This document shows positions 39,893-52,849 of a DNA stretch of 62,680 bases, piece by piece. The notes beneath the pieces were generated by a model. That model did no database searches, had not been told where the DNA came from, and saw nothing but the letters and a program-made list of their open reading frames with translations. The DNA is from Octopus bimaculoides (taxonomy: Eukaryota), in NCBI RefSeq assembly GCF_001194135.2, contig NC_068984.1, positions 668,356-731,035 on the forward strand, given 5' to 3'. How positions within the stretch are numbered: position 1 is the first letter of the stretch; each line of letters opens with the position of its first letter. Position numbers and translations under genes: made by a program.

Positions 39893-40235
39893 NNNNNNNN
39901 NNNNNNNNNNNNNNNNNNNNNNNNNNNNNNNNNNNNNNNNNNNNNNNNNNNNNNNNNNNNNNNNNNNNNNNNNNNNNNNNNNNNNNNNNNNNNNNNNNNN
40001 NNNNNNNNNNNNNNNNNNNNNNNNNNNNNNNNNNNNNNNNNNNNNNNNNNNNNNNNNNNNNNNNNNNNNNNNNNNNNNNNNNNNNNNNNNNNNNNNNNNN
40101 NNNNNNNNNNNNNNNNNNNNNNNNNNNNNNNNNNNNNNNNNNNNNNNNNNNNNNNNNNNNNNNNNNNNNNNNNNNNNNNNNNNNNNNNNNNNNNNNNNNN
40201 NNNNNNTAAAGTTAGAAATATATTTTATGGATAAA

Positions 40236-40284
40236 GTCTTACAGCTGTTTCAGGGAAAATCCAATGTATCCCTTCATCGGAGAC
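40236..40284 (-). ncRNA. Minimal type I hammerhead ribozyme (family A), U4C core variant
   Basis: Minus strand: GTCT-CCGATGA-AGGGA-TACATTGGATTT-TCCCT-GAAA-CAGCTG-TA-AGAC, in the same sense as the PLE endonuclease. Confidence 0.75.
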
Positions 40285-40461
40285 AGAAATAGTAGAAGAA
40301 TGGATTATTATATCTATAAGAAGAGAGTTATAGTAGGAAGTGAGAGTGAGTGTGATGCGCTGAAAAAAGAAAGAAGAAACAGTACTTGGAGTGTAGCTTC
40401 ATTCCAGTGGTAAATATATATGTAAATAATCCTTGTGGGTATTTTCCGGAGATAATTGTAG

Positions 40462-40505
40462 TAGCAAAGGTGGATATAGCAAAGGTGGATATAGCAAAGG
40501 TGGAT
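40462..40505. repeat. 15-bp tandem repeat, about 3 copies (TAGCAAAGGTGGATA)
   Basis: Direct sequence, inside the PLE 3' region. Confidence 0.9.
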
Positions 40506-41824
40506 GTATGTCATATCGTGTCTGGAGTATACTGTGCGTTGTTTACTCAAAGGGTAGCCCAAATCAAGTGAGAGATGTGTGTAGGGTAAAGAGGTCGAAT
40601 CTTAAGACAGGAAGGAAAGGGGAGAGAGGAGTAATTCAAGTGAGGAATAGTAGTGACTGGTTTTATGGTCAGTTAATCTGACAGGACAGGGAGAATAAGC
40701 ATAGGGAGTAAAGGAGGAAAGAGGGGTGGAGGCAAAGGTTTAGTAAGGAAGAAGGAATGTGAGGAGGTAGTATGGAGAGGTAGGCGAAAAGTGGTGAGGG
40801 TGTGGGTGACATTCCAAAAACAGTATTAAAGGAAACTGGGAGAGAAGAAATTAGTAGTATCATGTTCTAAAAATAGAGCTAAACATAATTTCAAGATAGT
40901 ATAAGGGGGATCAGCTGCTACCTAGAGTTGATTGTGGTTATAAACAGGGAGCCTGCAAGCGGTGGTGGTGTTATTGGGGAGGAAGTATAATGGAAGTAAA
41001 TTAGGAAAAAATATATTAAATAGTGATAGGATCTAAAAAGAAATAAATCTATTCTAAAGATGGTATAAGGGGGACCATTTTGCTAGGTCGAATAGGTTGC
41101 CTATAGGGAGTTGTGTCATTATGTTGTGTGGTCATTTGTGCATTTGTGTCTGTGATAGAATTTAAATGTATGGAAAAAACGGTGATTGCAGGTGCTAAGT
41201 GCTTCGTTATATCGATTAAGTAGAGTGGGAGAATTGTATTGTAAAATATGGAACGCCTCATTTAAACAGAGCTTGCAATTGAGCGCTGGCCCTGGTATAG
41301 AATTCCAGAGTCCAGGATGGACCATTTTAAAGTATACTGGGTATTTGTGTTTTTGAGGTGATGAATGCGGTTGGCTAGTGTTGTAGATTTACTGTGTTTG
41401 TCATATCTAAAAGAGTGCAAATGGGCAGCGTAGCGTTGCTTGAAGTTTTTAGTTGAACCTATGTATGCAGCTGTAGAGTTATGTAGCAGATTCGTTACAG
41501 TGCATTTATATATTACGTTGTATCTTACTCAATGCGTTTGTAGCGGGCAGATTGTCCCGGAGCGACAGTTACAAGTAGAACCGTATTCTATTAATGCTTG
41601 TCTGTCCCTGCCACCGTTCCTTCATTACACCAATCTCCGTGTCTCATGCACTACCACTGACACTCTCACTGCTGCAGCTACGACTAACAGACACTCTCTA
41701 ATGCCAACTCCCAGAAACGGACAAGACAACTACCGGTGCAGAAACTATTCTACGACTTATCAGCAGAAAACCCAACAGCCAGCAGCATGTGAATTTGGTT
41801 GGAAAAACATCCTTTTCTCTATTT

Positions 41825-42035
41825 TATTTTTACTTGTTTCAGTCATTAGACTGAAGCCATGCTGGAGCACCGCCTTGAAAGAATTTAGTTGAACGAAAAT
41901 ACTCTTTTTTTTTAAAAAAAAAAGATTGGTACTGATTCTATCCGTCTCTTTTGCGAACCGCTAGGTTACGGGGACGTAAACACACCAGCGCTAGTTGTCA
42001 ACCGATAATGGAGACTAACACAGACCCAAAGACAC
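41825..42035 (-). mobile_element. SINE S1 tail half
   Basis: CTTGTTTCAGTCATTAGACTG..GCTGGAGCACCGCC..GTTACGGGGACGTAAACACACCAG. Confidence 0.8.
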
Positions 42036-42325
42036 ACACACGCACATACATACACACACTCACACACAGAAAATACACTATCATTGCCAAATTTAGTTTG
42101 CTTGGATTCCGTGTCCTCCTTCGTTCGACGTTGGATTTCAAATACTTGGTCCATTCTGGGCTTTTCCAAAACGTAATCTTCATAAAAGAAATATTTTTTC
42201 TTTACCGACAAAAATATATAACTTAATAAATCGCATATTCATTTCTCATTCCCTATTCTGCCATTTTAAAAAGCCTTCTTGCCTCCGCATGTACGATATA
42301 TTCCTGTATGCACACATATCTCCTA

Positions 42326-42360
42326 TTGAGGAAAGCCAAAGAGCCAGAAACGCGTCAGAG
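42326..42360 (+). ncRNA. Decayed HHR-like motif
   Basis: TTGAGGA-AAGC-CAAAGA-GCC-A-GAAAC-GC-GTC-AGAG: palindromic ACGCGT helix III, GUC triplet, mutated C3 and weak helix II. Confidence 0.4.
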
Positions 42361-43214
42361 TGTCCGCTAGGTGGAAGACACTGAGCAGATATGGTACTTT
42401 TACACCTTTTATCATAAGCGAGAACCTTTTTTCTATACGATATCTCTACAAGTTAAAGTATCTCACAAACCTACTTTAAGTAACCTACATACACACACAA
42501 CACACAGAGCGGCATCCATCCTCATATCCGTAAATTCACATGTACCGCACATAGATGTATTGGTCAGTGCTATCTAGAGGTGAATAATTTTTAATATGTG
42601 ATAAATATCTCCAATACATGAACACCTAATCACGCATCTCTGCGACATTACAAGCGGTCAGACTGTGGAGTATAAATATATTCTACATGGTTATGAAAGA
42701 AAAACCAAAGTATATTATAAAGCTATTATAAGTATTTTCTACAACGATGAAAGCGGTATTATAAAATTATTAAAGTTCAGTGGAGCATGAAGAAGTAATA
42801 AAGACACGGGTTCGTTGATCGAAATTGGTTTTCAATCAACTGAAAAAGAAAAAAAAAATGTATTTGCAAACTTTTAAACAACAACAAGAAGGACAACAAC
42901 AACAATTCCGGCAAACAAAGAAGTAAAATTTAACCTCAACGCATTTAAATACGACCGAACATATAGAATAGAAATTGAATAAAAAGACTCAAAAAGACGA
43001 AAAAGGAGATATTCTCCCATCAGTGAATGATTATTTGCTTGAAGAATCTGCTCATTAAAATGGTCCATTGAACAATTCTCTGCCGGTTTGATGGTTGCCA
43101 TGGAAATTTGCCAGACAACGAAATATGTAAAATGGAAGAGGGAAAAGGAAGAACAATACAAAAAAAAAAATCCCCTATCTGGATATGTGTGCGCGTTTAT
43201 ATAAATATATAAGT

Positions 43215-43282
<68 letters not shown>

Positions 43283-43375
43283 ATGTACATATATATATAT
43301 ATACATGCATGTATATCTTTATATATAAACAAATACAAATATGTATATACATGTATATACACATGCATACACATG

Positions 43376-43408
<33 letters not shown>

Positions 43409-44669
43409 ATACATATACATATATATTCGTAAATATGAATGTATGTGGGTGTGTGTAAAAATGGTGTGGGATTTGGGAAATGGTAAAATGGGGGAATTTA
43501 TTCCTACTTTGAAGCCAAGAACTCTATGATTGCACATTTATTCCAGAACCATTCTGCCATGTTCTGGCTGCACTGTTAATGCGATTCTGATAACGTTTCT
43601 TTAGGGAAATTCCTCAAAGATTAAAACCAAATGCAAGAACTTCAACTAAGATGATGGCACCATATTCAAAGGGTGGGGTGTGGGGTGTGGGGTGGAATTG
43701 TGAAAGAACTGACTTGGTTCTGCCTCATTAGCTTCGGTGTGAAGTCTTGCAGCAGCACTTGTCCTCTTTACACATTAATAAGTGATTTTGTATTCATGTC
43801 ATGTATTGTTCTCGGCATAATTTGAGTGGGTGGGGAGAATGTTGTTTGGCTGGTTGGTTGGCTGGTGGATGGGCAGATATGGACTATCCGACAAACAGCT
43901 GAAGAAGAAACGTCATCATCATCATGTACTAGAAACAACTGCGGAGTTTCTGAGTGCAATTTCTTCTATATCTAGCAGATAGGGTGTCCTCTTTCGTCAG
44001 CTCCAGATGTATATCGAGGTCTTATAGGCTGGTATAGGCCGTAGCTTAAATGATAGCAACACTACAAAACTGATCAAATATGGAAGGGTTTTTCAGAGAT
44101 TGTCCAAACAACTATTCGTTCCGTTGACAGAGCGATAAAATAAAATAACGATATACAAAGACAATTTAGTGACCATCAGCTTTGGCCATCCCTGAGTGGA
44201 ACCGAAGAGGGAATTATTATGGGGTCACTAAAAATGTTAGAAATAACAGTTAGATCGCCCTAAATCACACAACCGTCTTTAAAAACCGAAGAATACATTA
44301 GATAAAATTGTCTGGAAAAGAGACGGGAAATTTTTTGAGTTCGTTCTTTGAGTTCGTTTATGGTACAAGTTATTTAATAGTTACGAATGAATTAACTTTG
44401 AATATAAATCAACTTGTTTAGGAGTAACCTAGATTTAAACAAAAATAACGAACTTCGTATTCAGAGAAGAAAATTCTAGATGCCATATTTTCATTCTAAA
44501 TTTACTAAAAATGGTTCACCAAATCCTCAATAAGTGGGAAGCGAACGTTTTGTGAAGATACAATGTCGTAAACACCCATATTTCTCTCTCTCTCCCGTAT
44601 GTGTGTGTGTGTGTGTGTGTGTGTGTCTATATATANNNNNNNNNNNNNNNNNNNNNNNNNNNNNNNNNN

Positions 44670-44739
<70 letters not shown>

Positions 44740-47647
44740 CTTACTATATATGCATGTATTTGTGTATGTGTTTGTGTGTACGTATATATATATGTGTGTA
44801 TGTATGCATGTATAAAATTTCATTTCTATAATGTACAATAGCGAAGTATTTAACGAGAATAAGTTATTGTGAAGCACGACAGGTGTTGTGGTATATAGAA
44901 TCCGGTGATAATCTCTGGCCAACATCGTTTCACAAATTTTATGTTAGAAGCCAGGTGTCTTTGTATGGAATAGAAATGTCATTCTGAGAGAGAGTGGCGT
45001 GATCTACAGCTGAGCATCAATATTGCATTATCTAGGGTTGCGTGTGCCGTAGATAAAGACGTCCGCTCTAGTTAAATCGAGGCTGGTCGTCGTTTTCAGT
45101 TCTCAGCTGTTACCGATTCACGAATTACTTCTGCAAGAGTATTAGAAAACTTTTTGGAATTCTTTTCCCTCCCCCATCTACTCCCTCCTTAAAACAGTAT
45201 GGTGAGAGGTACAACGTCTATTTTATATACCGTTCTTGCTTCAGCATGAGGCTAGCAACTGTCCTACGGTCAAACGTATTTCATCTCCGACTATATTATT
45301 CTCTTGTTACTCGATATCAAACATCCCATTATCGTACGTACCTTACCTTTCATATGAAATTGTAGGGTGTGATTCAAAGATATGGCCACCGCTTTTAGCA
45401 GGACTAGTGACTACGTATCCTTGTTGTTTCCTCTGCTATTGTTGCTGGCGTCAGAGAACCAGGGATGAACTTCAAATAATGTGGTTTCGATTCACGGTTG
45501 ACCATAACTCCCTTTATATCGCCGCTGATATACACCAAAAGGGCACGCCTTGCCATTTACTTACCCCTACACCACTCCACCACCACAGACTTTACTATTG
45601 TGGTACTTCGTTATTGCTCGGTGGAGTGGACAGATTGAAAGCTAATTATCTGATGTGACTGCCCACTAACATGCTGTGCCCATCTCAGTGAATTTTCTGA
45701 TAAAGCAGCATGCAAAAGACAGAAACATAAAGTCGTACTTCAGTACCAATCAGCCATACTAAATATATAAAACAAAAGCAGTAGTACAAATAAATAAAAA
45801 AAATGACCAGACAAAGGGAATATATTTGGTGCTAAGAATGAACACAAAACGCTGATTGTATTCTGTGGAGTTTATTTTCACAGCCATAATGAAGGTGAAG
45901 GTCCAGTAATTAGTTGTTTTCATTAAATTTATACAAATTATGACAATCAGATCGGTGCTTCACCAATTTTTTTCTTCAATTGTTTTTCTTCAAAATAATT
46001 AGCAGAATAAAGATTCAGAAACACAAAAGAAGCGTTTAGTTTTGTTGTTCTGATTCAAATGCAAACCATTCCTAAATTGAATCGACTGATGCTGCTGTTT
46101 CATGGATATATTGCTAGAATTTGAAATCTATTTCGCGTCATGCTTTGGATTCCATTCTTTTGATGCTGATAAAATAACTAACAGTAATACCACCGACTGA
46201 CTTAATGGACAACAACAACATCTTACGAACCTCGGTACTAACATTTGCAAAAAAGAAAAAAAAGCAGAATGGGAGCTCTTTTGAACATCTTATAAAAAGA
46301 GATCATCTCTAGTATTATAAATTAAGCTTTATGTAGGGGCTAGAGTGCCATCGGAAGGTTTCATATTAAATTATTTTCCTGAAGAGAAGAAAATTCAATA
46401 ATTTTTCTTCGGTTTAACGTAAGTTTTCCTTTTTTGTTTTTAATATATATAATTCAAGCAACGACCGAGTGTATTCTTTCATACCTTCGACAAAAAGGAG
46501 TTCAGATTATACATTTCAGACCGATCAGCTTTGATGATTATTTAACCGTTCTTCTCTTAAGCAGATTAATCCAATATGAAACCGTCCGGAAACAAATTGG
46601 TCGTCTATTCAACTTTATAACATTGAAATGATATATTCACTCTGTTATCGTTTAATGTGACTGCTCTTTCTTTCTGACTTATGAACTCTCCTCGGACAAT
46701 TATATATGGCACCTGGGTCAAGTGTCACACACACACACACACACACACACACAATAAATGGAATGGAGAAAGTTCAAATCAGGCAAACTACAATGAATAC
46801 ATATGTATACGGATTTAATTAAGGTAAAAATTGTCCAAAAAACATGATATTAAAAATACATAGAAAAATATATGAATATTACAAATATATATAGACATAT
46901 AAACATATGAATATACAACCACAGTAATAATATAATGGAATATGGGATTGTAGGTAAAAAAAAAGTCTTTCTGAAAAAGAATAGTAAAGAGAAAATAAGT
47001 GTCAAATAAAATTTTAGCTTACATATTAAAAGAAAATATTCCTACGGCTGTTTAAGTGGTTCAATCCTCCAAGTAAAAAAATGAATCTTGAAATTCATTT
47101 TCAGAGAACGTCTCCTTCTTCAAGGAAAAAGTGATGTTTACAGTAGAAATGTATTCAGTTCATTGCTACACACGCACGCGCGCGCGTGCGTGCGTGCGTG
47201 TGTGTGCTGACACGTGTGCATGCACACGCACTTTTGCTGGAATACAAAGGGAATGGGCTACCGGCTCATTGTAACGTGTATATATTAAAATATAAACATA
47301 ACGATAAAGTTTTCTGCGTTTGTTATTGTACAAATGTGGCTCAGCCACTCCACTTTAGCTTATCTTCTCATATGGAATTGAATTCACATCACGGAGTTTC
47401 GTGTGGAACCGATGACTGAAACTCATTGATAGCATTCCATGCATGCTAGCACACGGTTAATTATATATGTACATGTAATAATAATCTCCACTTAAATGCG
47501 CCAGAACAGGCAGGCACGCATACATGCATGCATACATACATACATGCATACATGCATGCATACACGTGTGTGTATATACATGTGTGTATGCACACATATA
47601 GTTGGAATTTACAAAAAACAAACAAAACAAAAGACGAAGACGTGTTG

Positions 47648-47743
47648 TAAACAACTGATGTATTAGTTTAACGCTCGGGAAGGTGCGAAAGTATTTTACG
47701 CTTCGAGCCTATGCTCTTCAAGAAAAAGGAACACAGAAATAAA

Positions 47744-47785
<42 letters not shown>

Positions 47786-47985
47786 AACCGTTAAACCCTA
47801 CCCATATTTTTCTCTCCGTCTTTTTCGTTCTCTCCCCATTTTTTCGTTTTCTGTCGAAGAACGTAGTCTCGAAACGTCAAAGATATTTCCATCCTTCTCG
47901 AGCGTCAAATTAATTCACCTGCTTTTTGTTCACTCGCCTGTCTTCATTTTTTTTTCTGTAAATTTGGACTCTCAATATATATAAA
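47648..47985. mobile_element. Two diverged family-D HHR-like repeats in inverted orientation around a (TG)n array
   Basis: 47648-47746 (minus) matches 20380-20478. About 47800-47985 (plus) contains TTT-CTGTCGA-AGAAC-GTAG-TCTC-GAAAC-GTC-AAAG..TTCTCGAGCGTCAAATTAAT. Confidence 0.7.
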
Positions 47986-48382
47986 TTTGGTTAAGCTGTT
48001 CGCAAAGGTTGGGTAAGCCGTTTGCAACATCTCACAGAAAAAGTAATATGCTTCAAAGAATCACTGCAGTGATGAAGCAATATCTCATAAATCATGGCAT
48101 GATGAACCGGAAATACAGAAGAAGACGTTGCTATACTGATTCGATCCATAAACCTCTTACCATAATAAATTTGAAGCAAATATACTAGTTTGTTTAAACA
48201 GTAGGTCAGCATTTATATAGGTGGGTGAGATGTGTATGGCTGATGTTCATGACTATTTCAAGGACATTAATGGTGCCTGAATGAAAAATCAATACCATCT
48301 CCTGGACTCGACTGTGTGAGCAGCTTTAACAATAGGCCATCTAACATGTTACACGTGTATTGATTAATTAAACACAGAGACC

Positions 48383-48466
<84 letters not shown>

Positions 48467-49749
48467 TATTAGTGACCATTTCAAACTTTACGTAATGGTT
48501 GAAAGAGGTTCTGAGTTTAATCAATTGACCCAGTCATAAAATATTGATTTGTCATTGTTGTTGTCGTTTTACCCTCAAACCAGCCATTATTGAGCAGACC
48601 CGAGATCAAAGACATTCTAGCCATGATCGTTCCGTCTTTTGTTTTGTTGTATTCTTTTGAAGCATAATGTAACCCGCTCCACTTTATCCAGTGTGTCGTC
48701 TATTTTTAAGATGGTAGGGTGTGTTTTGATAGTTATTTCTATCAGAACGAGTGGTCACTTGGAAGTGCTCTCATTGGTTTGGAAAATACTGATCTATATT
48801 AACAAAACTGGATTTTGAAAAGAGTGGAATAATCAATAAGGCTGTCTCCAGTATATTACAAGTATTTGCTTTATTAATGAGAGATAATTGGTGTAAAAGA
48901 ATGTTTACTAATTTAGACATTTATTTTAAAAGAAGAGTAAACTAGTTAAGAGGGTGAAAGCCATTGCGGACCGAGGTGGTTGAATTAAAATCTGAACGGT
49001 ATCTTATTCAGTTCCATAGTGGGAGCATTGTAGAAGTAACGAGGTATTAATTAGCTTTTAGTAATCTGTTGAAGTCCTCTTTGCAATTGAAACACATTAA
49101 TGGTATGCGTGAGTGGATATAGTAATGAATTGCTAGTTGACTGATTGACTGTCTCAGTTCCACCCAGTTATTTGGAATAGGTGCTTGACTATAATGTTAC
49201 TTAAGAGAAATTGGTGTACTCTCCAGGGGGATACTAATCTCCCATTTTGTAGGGCTTAGCCGGGATACCAAACTGCCTGAGACCTCTGTTGGTCTTGTAA
49301 TACAAACTTCCGGTTTTAAAGTGATCTAAAACCTCCATTAAACTTTCCTATTAAATTATGCTCCAAACACCAATTTAATTATCGAGAGGTTATTTTATCC
49401 TACCCGCTACAATCAATTAAAATAAAGGTAACGTATTTCAAAAAAAAAAAAAAAAAATTGGTAACAAAGGGGTTAAATCTCTACATTAGGGTTTTTAGAG
49501 AATATATTGAAACAGAAGGAACAGATTGACACATTATCTAATGTTAACCCACGGTATATGGGTGGGGGAGGAGGGGAAACAGAATAATAATAAAAATGAA
49601 AAAAAAAAACATGCAAATGTATTTCAAAAGTAATTTCATTTCTGTTTGCGAAGAAGAAATATGTCAATTCAGAAACAGCTGTGTTTCTTGTGATATTTAA
49701 ATATTTATAGATTAAATATACGCGCACACGCACATACTGCCTAAATTAT

Positions 49750-49930
49750 AGAGACATAACATAAATATTCATATATTAACATGCATTAACACACACATTG
49801 CATAAATTACAAACACGTAATAAATATTCATGCATAGCATAAATGCATTCACTCGGCCACTGCATAAATCATAAACATGTAACATATTCATGTATTGACA
49901 TGCATTTACACGTACGCACTGCATACATTA
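49750..49930. repeat. Diverged tandem repeat of about 60 bp, about 3 copies
   Basis: Recurring AAC..TAA..ATATTCAT..ATGCATT..CACTGCATA units. Confidence 0.55.
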
Positions 49931-51046
49931 AGACAAAATAAGTAGAAACAGTCAGCGTGTTACTTATGTTTCTGAAAGAATGGTACTACAAAGCTGAAAG
50001 GTATTCAGTTGTATATTTCAGCAGATGTCCATGAGGCCAACTCTACGATCTTTGAAAACAATGTAAAAAGATGCATAAAGAAACTATGATATAAAATCAG
50101 TGTCTAGAAATTACGAAAGTACGCCATGTTGTAAGTAAAACACTGAGTGGATCTCCGTCGATTTTTACGCTGAATATTCAGTTCATTCAATCAACTGAGC
50201 TTCCTGCTCATTGAAGTAGCGTGTAGGTGACTGAGTATCTCGTACGCGTGTATACTTAACGTAACTGTGAAGCGGAAACAGAGCGACACATTCTGTGAGA
50301 AGCGGGAAGTATTTGAATTAAAAGTACAATCCATTCAACATACATACATACATACATACATCCATACATACACTTACATAGACATGATTCATATGGTAAA
50401 TACTACACGCATACTGACAAGTAGGGCTTAACTTAACCATCAACAATGGAGTGATCACTGCTGATGAGCTAGTATAGTGAGCTCGCTCCCTGTGGGAACG
50501 GCCATCTCCCCTGTCAGTACATAGACAATGTGCTGCTTTTTCTGACTATAAGGGTCTTTGGTTCTTGTTTCTCACAATGTAGGTGCTACCCTGCACCCTC
50601 AGTCACTATCAGTGACAACTGAAGTTTTCCTTTTTGGTTTCATATTGCGCCTAATCATCTTCGTTACACACACACACACATTTTATATCTATCTATATAT
50701 ATATATATATATACACACACGTGTAGGTAAATGTGTGTATTGTGTGTGAATAGACTTTTTATTGAAACAAGAACTGAAAGTTCGTCTCGTGACTCGTGTT
50801 TCATACAATTTCTCACCTAAAAATCGTAATGATACGTTACTCCGGTCATAAGAATAGCTTTCAATTTTAGTTTCAATAAAAAAAAATATCCATATCCGGT
50901 ACATATATTGAGTACTTCACTCTCATTCGTTCGACAAAATCTAATGTACGTAAGTAAAAACACACAAACACACATACCAACAGATGTATGCAAATATGCA
51001 TATGTATCTGTTTGTATATGCATGTATAGAAGTATATGTATCTGAG

Positions 51047-51149
<103 letters not shown>

Positions 51150-51524
51150 ATATGTGCGCTTGCGCGCATGTTTGTACGTTTGAATATAAACGTTATATCA
51201 AAACCAAAGACTAAACCGCTTCCTGATGACCATTCTAGCAAAAAACACCAGCCAAAATTCTCTCAGTTCATATGTTATTACATTAAAGAAGGAAGGTCAC
51301 ATAGCATAATGTAGTCTTTACTCCTAGAAATCCATAAAAAGAAGGGAGGGGGGTTGCCATTTAAACATCTTTGCGAAGATATTGATTTGGGTCTAAATAG
51401 TAACAAACATACTGAAATGCTTGCTGGTCAAACCACCACCATCACCACTACCACCATCATCAATATCCCTATCATAACAACCGCCACACCCCACCACCAT
51501 CTCCATAAACAGCCTCCAGGCATG

Positions 51525-52165
51525 GATGATGTTGCTTCCTTGTTCTGAGGTTAAAGAACAGCTAAAGCAAGATATCCTCACCAAAGTACAAACTATCCGC
51601 CGGTATGAGAAACGCCAACGTTTCTTTGAACGAAACAAACAGTTCAACTTCAACCCCAAAAGATTCTACCAAGAACTTGGCAAAAATGAAATAGAGATCA
51701 ATACAGCACCGATAGCAGATGTGGAATAATTTTAGAAATTAATAAGGTCGGCGATGAAACAACCTCAGAAAAGATCTATCAAAATAGCAAACAGAGCACC
51801 TAAACAACTCTGAACTCCTATAAAAACGGAAGAGGTCACACAGGCACTGCAAAAGCTAAGCAACTGGAAGCACCCGGACACGATAAGATCGCCAACTTCT
51901 AGTTAAAATATCTCACAAGAATACATAAAGCGGTGGCTGAGAAATTTGATGAAATACTAGCAGAGCCAGAGACAGTGATTGAATAGCTCATAGAAGGGAA
52001 AATTAGAATCCACTGACACAGCAACCCCCACAAAATTACAGGCCGATAACTTGTCTCCCTACAATATTTACAAAGCCTTTACTGCAATGATATCGCAGAG
52101 AATGGGCAAACATCTGAAAGAAAACAACCTGTTTCCAGGAGAGCAGAAGGGATGCTGCAAGGGAT
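51525..52165 (+). mobile_element. R4/Dong-like LINE internal fragment (N-terminal RT region)
   Basis: IRRYEKRQRFFERNKQFNFNPKRFYQEL; SNWK..PGHDKIANF*LKYL; NYRPITCLPTI; HLKENNLFPGEQKGC. Homologous to, but distinct from, 10400-10960. Confidence 0.85.
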
Positions 52166-52197
52166 GTGTCCTTATGTTTACAAAGGGAGACAAGCAA

Positions 52198-52285
52198 CTC
52201 CACCCAGCTAAGCCTGCATCCAGAGACTAGTTTCTGAGTCTTTGCTCGTCATCAGCCTGGAGTAGCAATGGCTTGCTAGTTGGAG
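52198..52285 (-). ncRNA. Type I hammerhead ribozyme with extended, bulged helix I
   Basis: Minus strand: CTCCA-A-CTAGC-AAGCC-AT-TGC-TAC-TCCAGG-CTGATGA-CGAG-CAAAGA-CTCA-GAAAC-TA-GTC-TCTGGA-T-GCA-GGCTT-A-GCTGG-G-TGGAG. Intact core, GUC site (predicted cleavage between 52225 and 52224), about 24 bp of helix I pairing. Confidence 0.88.
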
Positions 52286-52489
52286 ATGCCTGTCAAGCTC
52301 CTGTAACATAAGAATTCTAGTGAAATACATTCACTGATTTCAGAAATTTCTAAATCTCTCAGAGAGATTTATGCAGTAGTGATACGATAAAGTAGTTGTA
52401 TGCTGTCAACTGAATGTCACAGTCCCATGAAGGGAGTCAAGGCCGATAGGAAGCGGTGCTGCGGCTTCCTAGGGATAAATAGAAGTAGT

Positions 52490-52778
52490 ATTATTCTCTT
52501 CATGGGACTGGAATAGTTCACCTCTGGAAACATGGGTGCTTCGTTCATCATTGTTAAACAACCCTTATTTAGGGACCTTTTGAGCGAGACGGCTTACTCA
52601 ACCTGAAGAAAATTTTAACTGGCCCCCATCTGCTAGATTATGCACTGTTTATCTTGATTTGCACATATGGTTGTGATGCATGTGTCTGGTATCCAGACGC
52701 GTTGTGATGATGGGTTTATTGGGCTTTGTATATTTGTACCCCAGTGTCACTTTGATGGCATGCGCTGATATCTCAATA
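52490..52778 (-). mobile_element. Repeat family S4 copy
   Basis: Reverse complement of 18880-19100, including the 5' end GCATGCCATCAAAGTGACACTGGGG; abuts (AAT)n. Confidence 0.8.
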
Positions 52779-52849
52779 ATAATAATAATAGTTTCAAATT
52801 CTGACTGAAGGCCATCAGTTTTTGCAGAGAGGTATATGTTAATTAGATC

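Larger units (their letters stand above)
40207..41590 (-). mobile_element. 5'-truncated PLE: GIY-YIG endonuclease plus long 3' region ending in an HHR
   Basis: TCNCRSGTICPL..NVIYKCTVTN..YIGSTKNFKQRYAAHLHSFR..STTLA..LKWSILD, then frameshifted CKLCLNEAFHIL..LLNRYNEALSTCNHR. Confidence 0.9.

Noticed and set aside
43878-43982. Apparent terminal exon YGLSDKQLKKKRHHHHVLETTAEF..*
   Set aside because: The acceptor lacks a pyrimidine tract. The minus strand looks like a LINE 3' end (DIEEIALRN..VVS followed by (TGA)n), which explains the His run. The embedded CTGAAGA-A-GAAACGTC has no helix II, so it is not an HHR.
45347-45432. Possible 86-nt minus-strand exon RKQQGYVVTSPAKSGGHIFESHPTISYE with AG|GTAAGG donor
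   Set aside because: The donor is good but the acceptor context is poor and no homology was recognised.
50461-50490. CTGATGAGCT..AGCTC hairpin (also CTGATGA at 8690 and, on the minus strand, near 59345)
   Set aside because: No GAAA or helix III/I partner follows.
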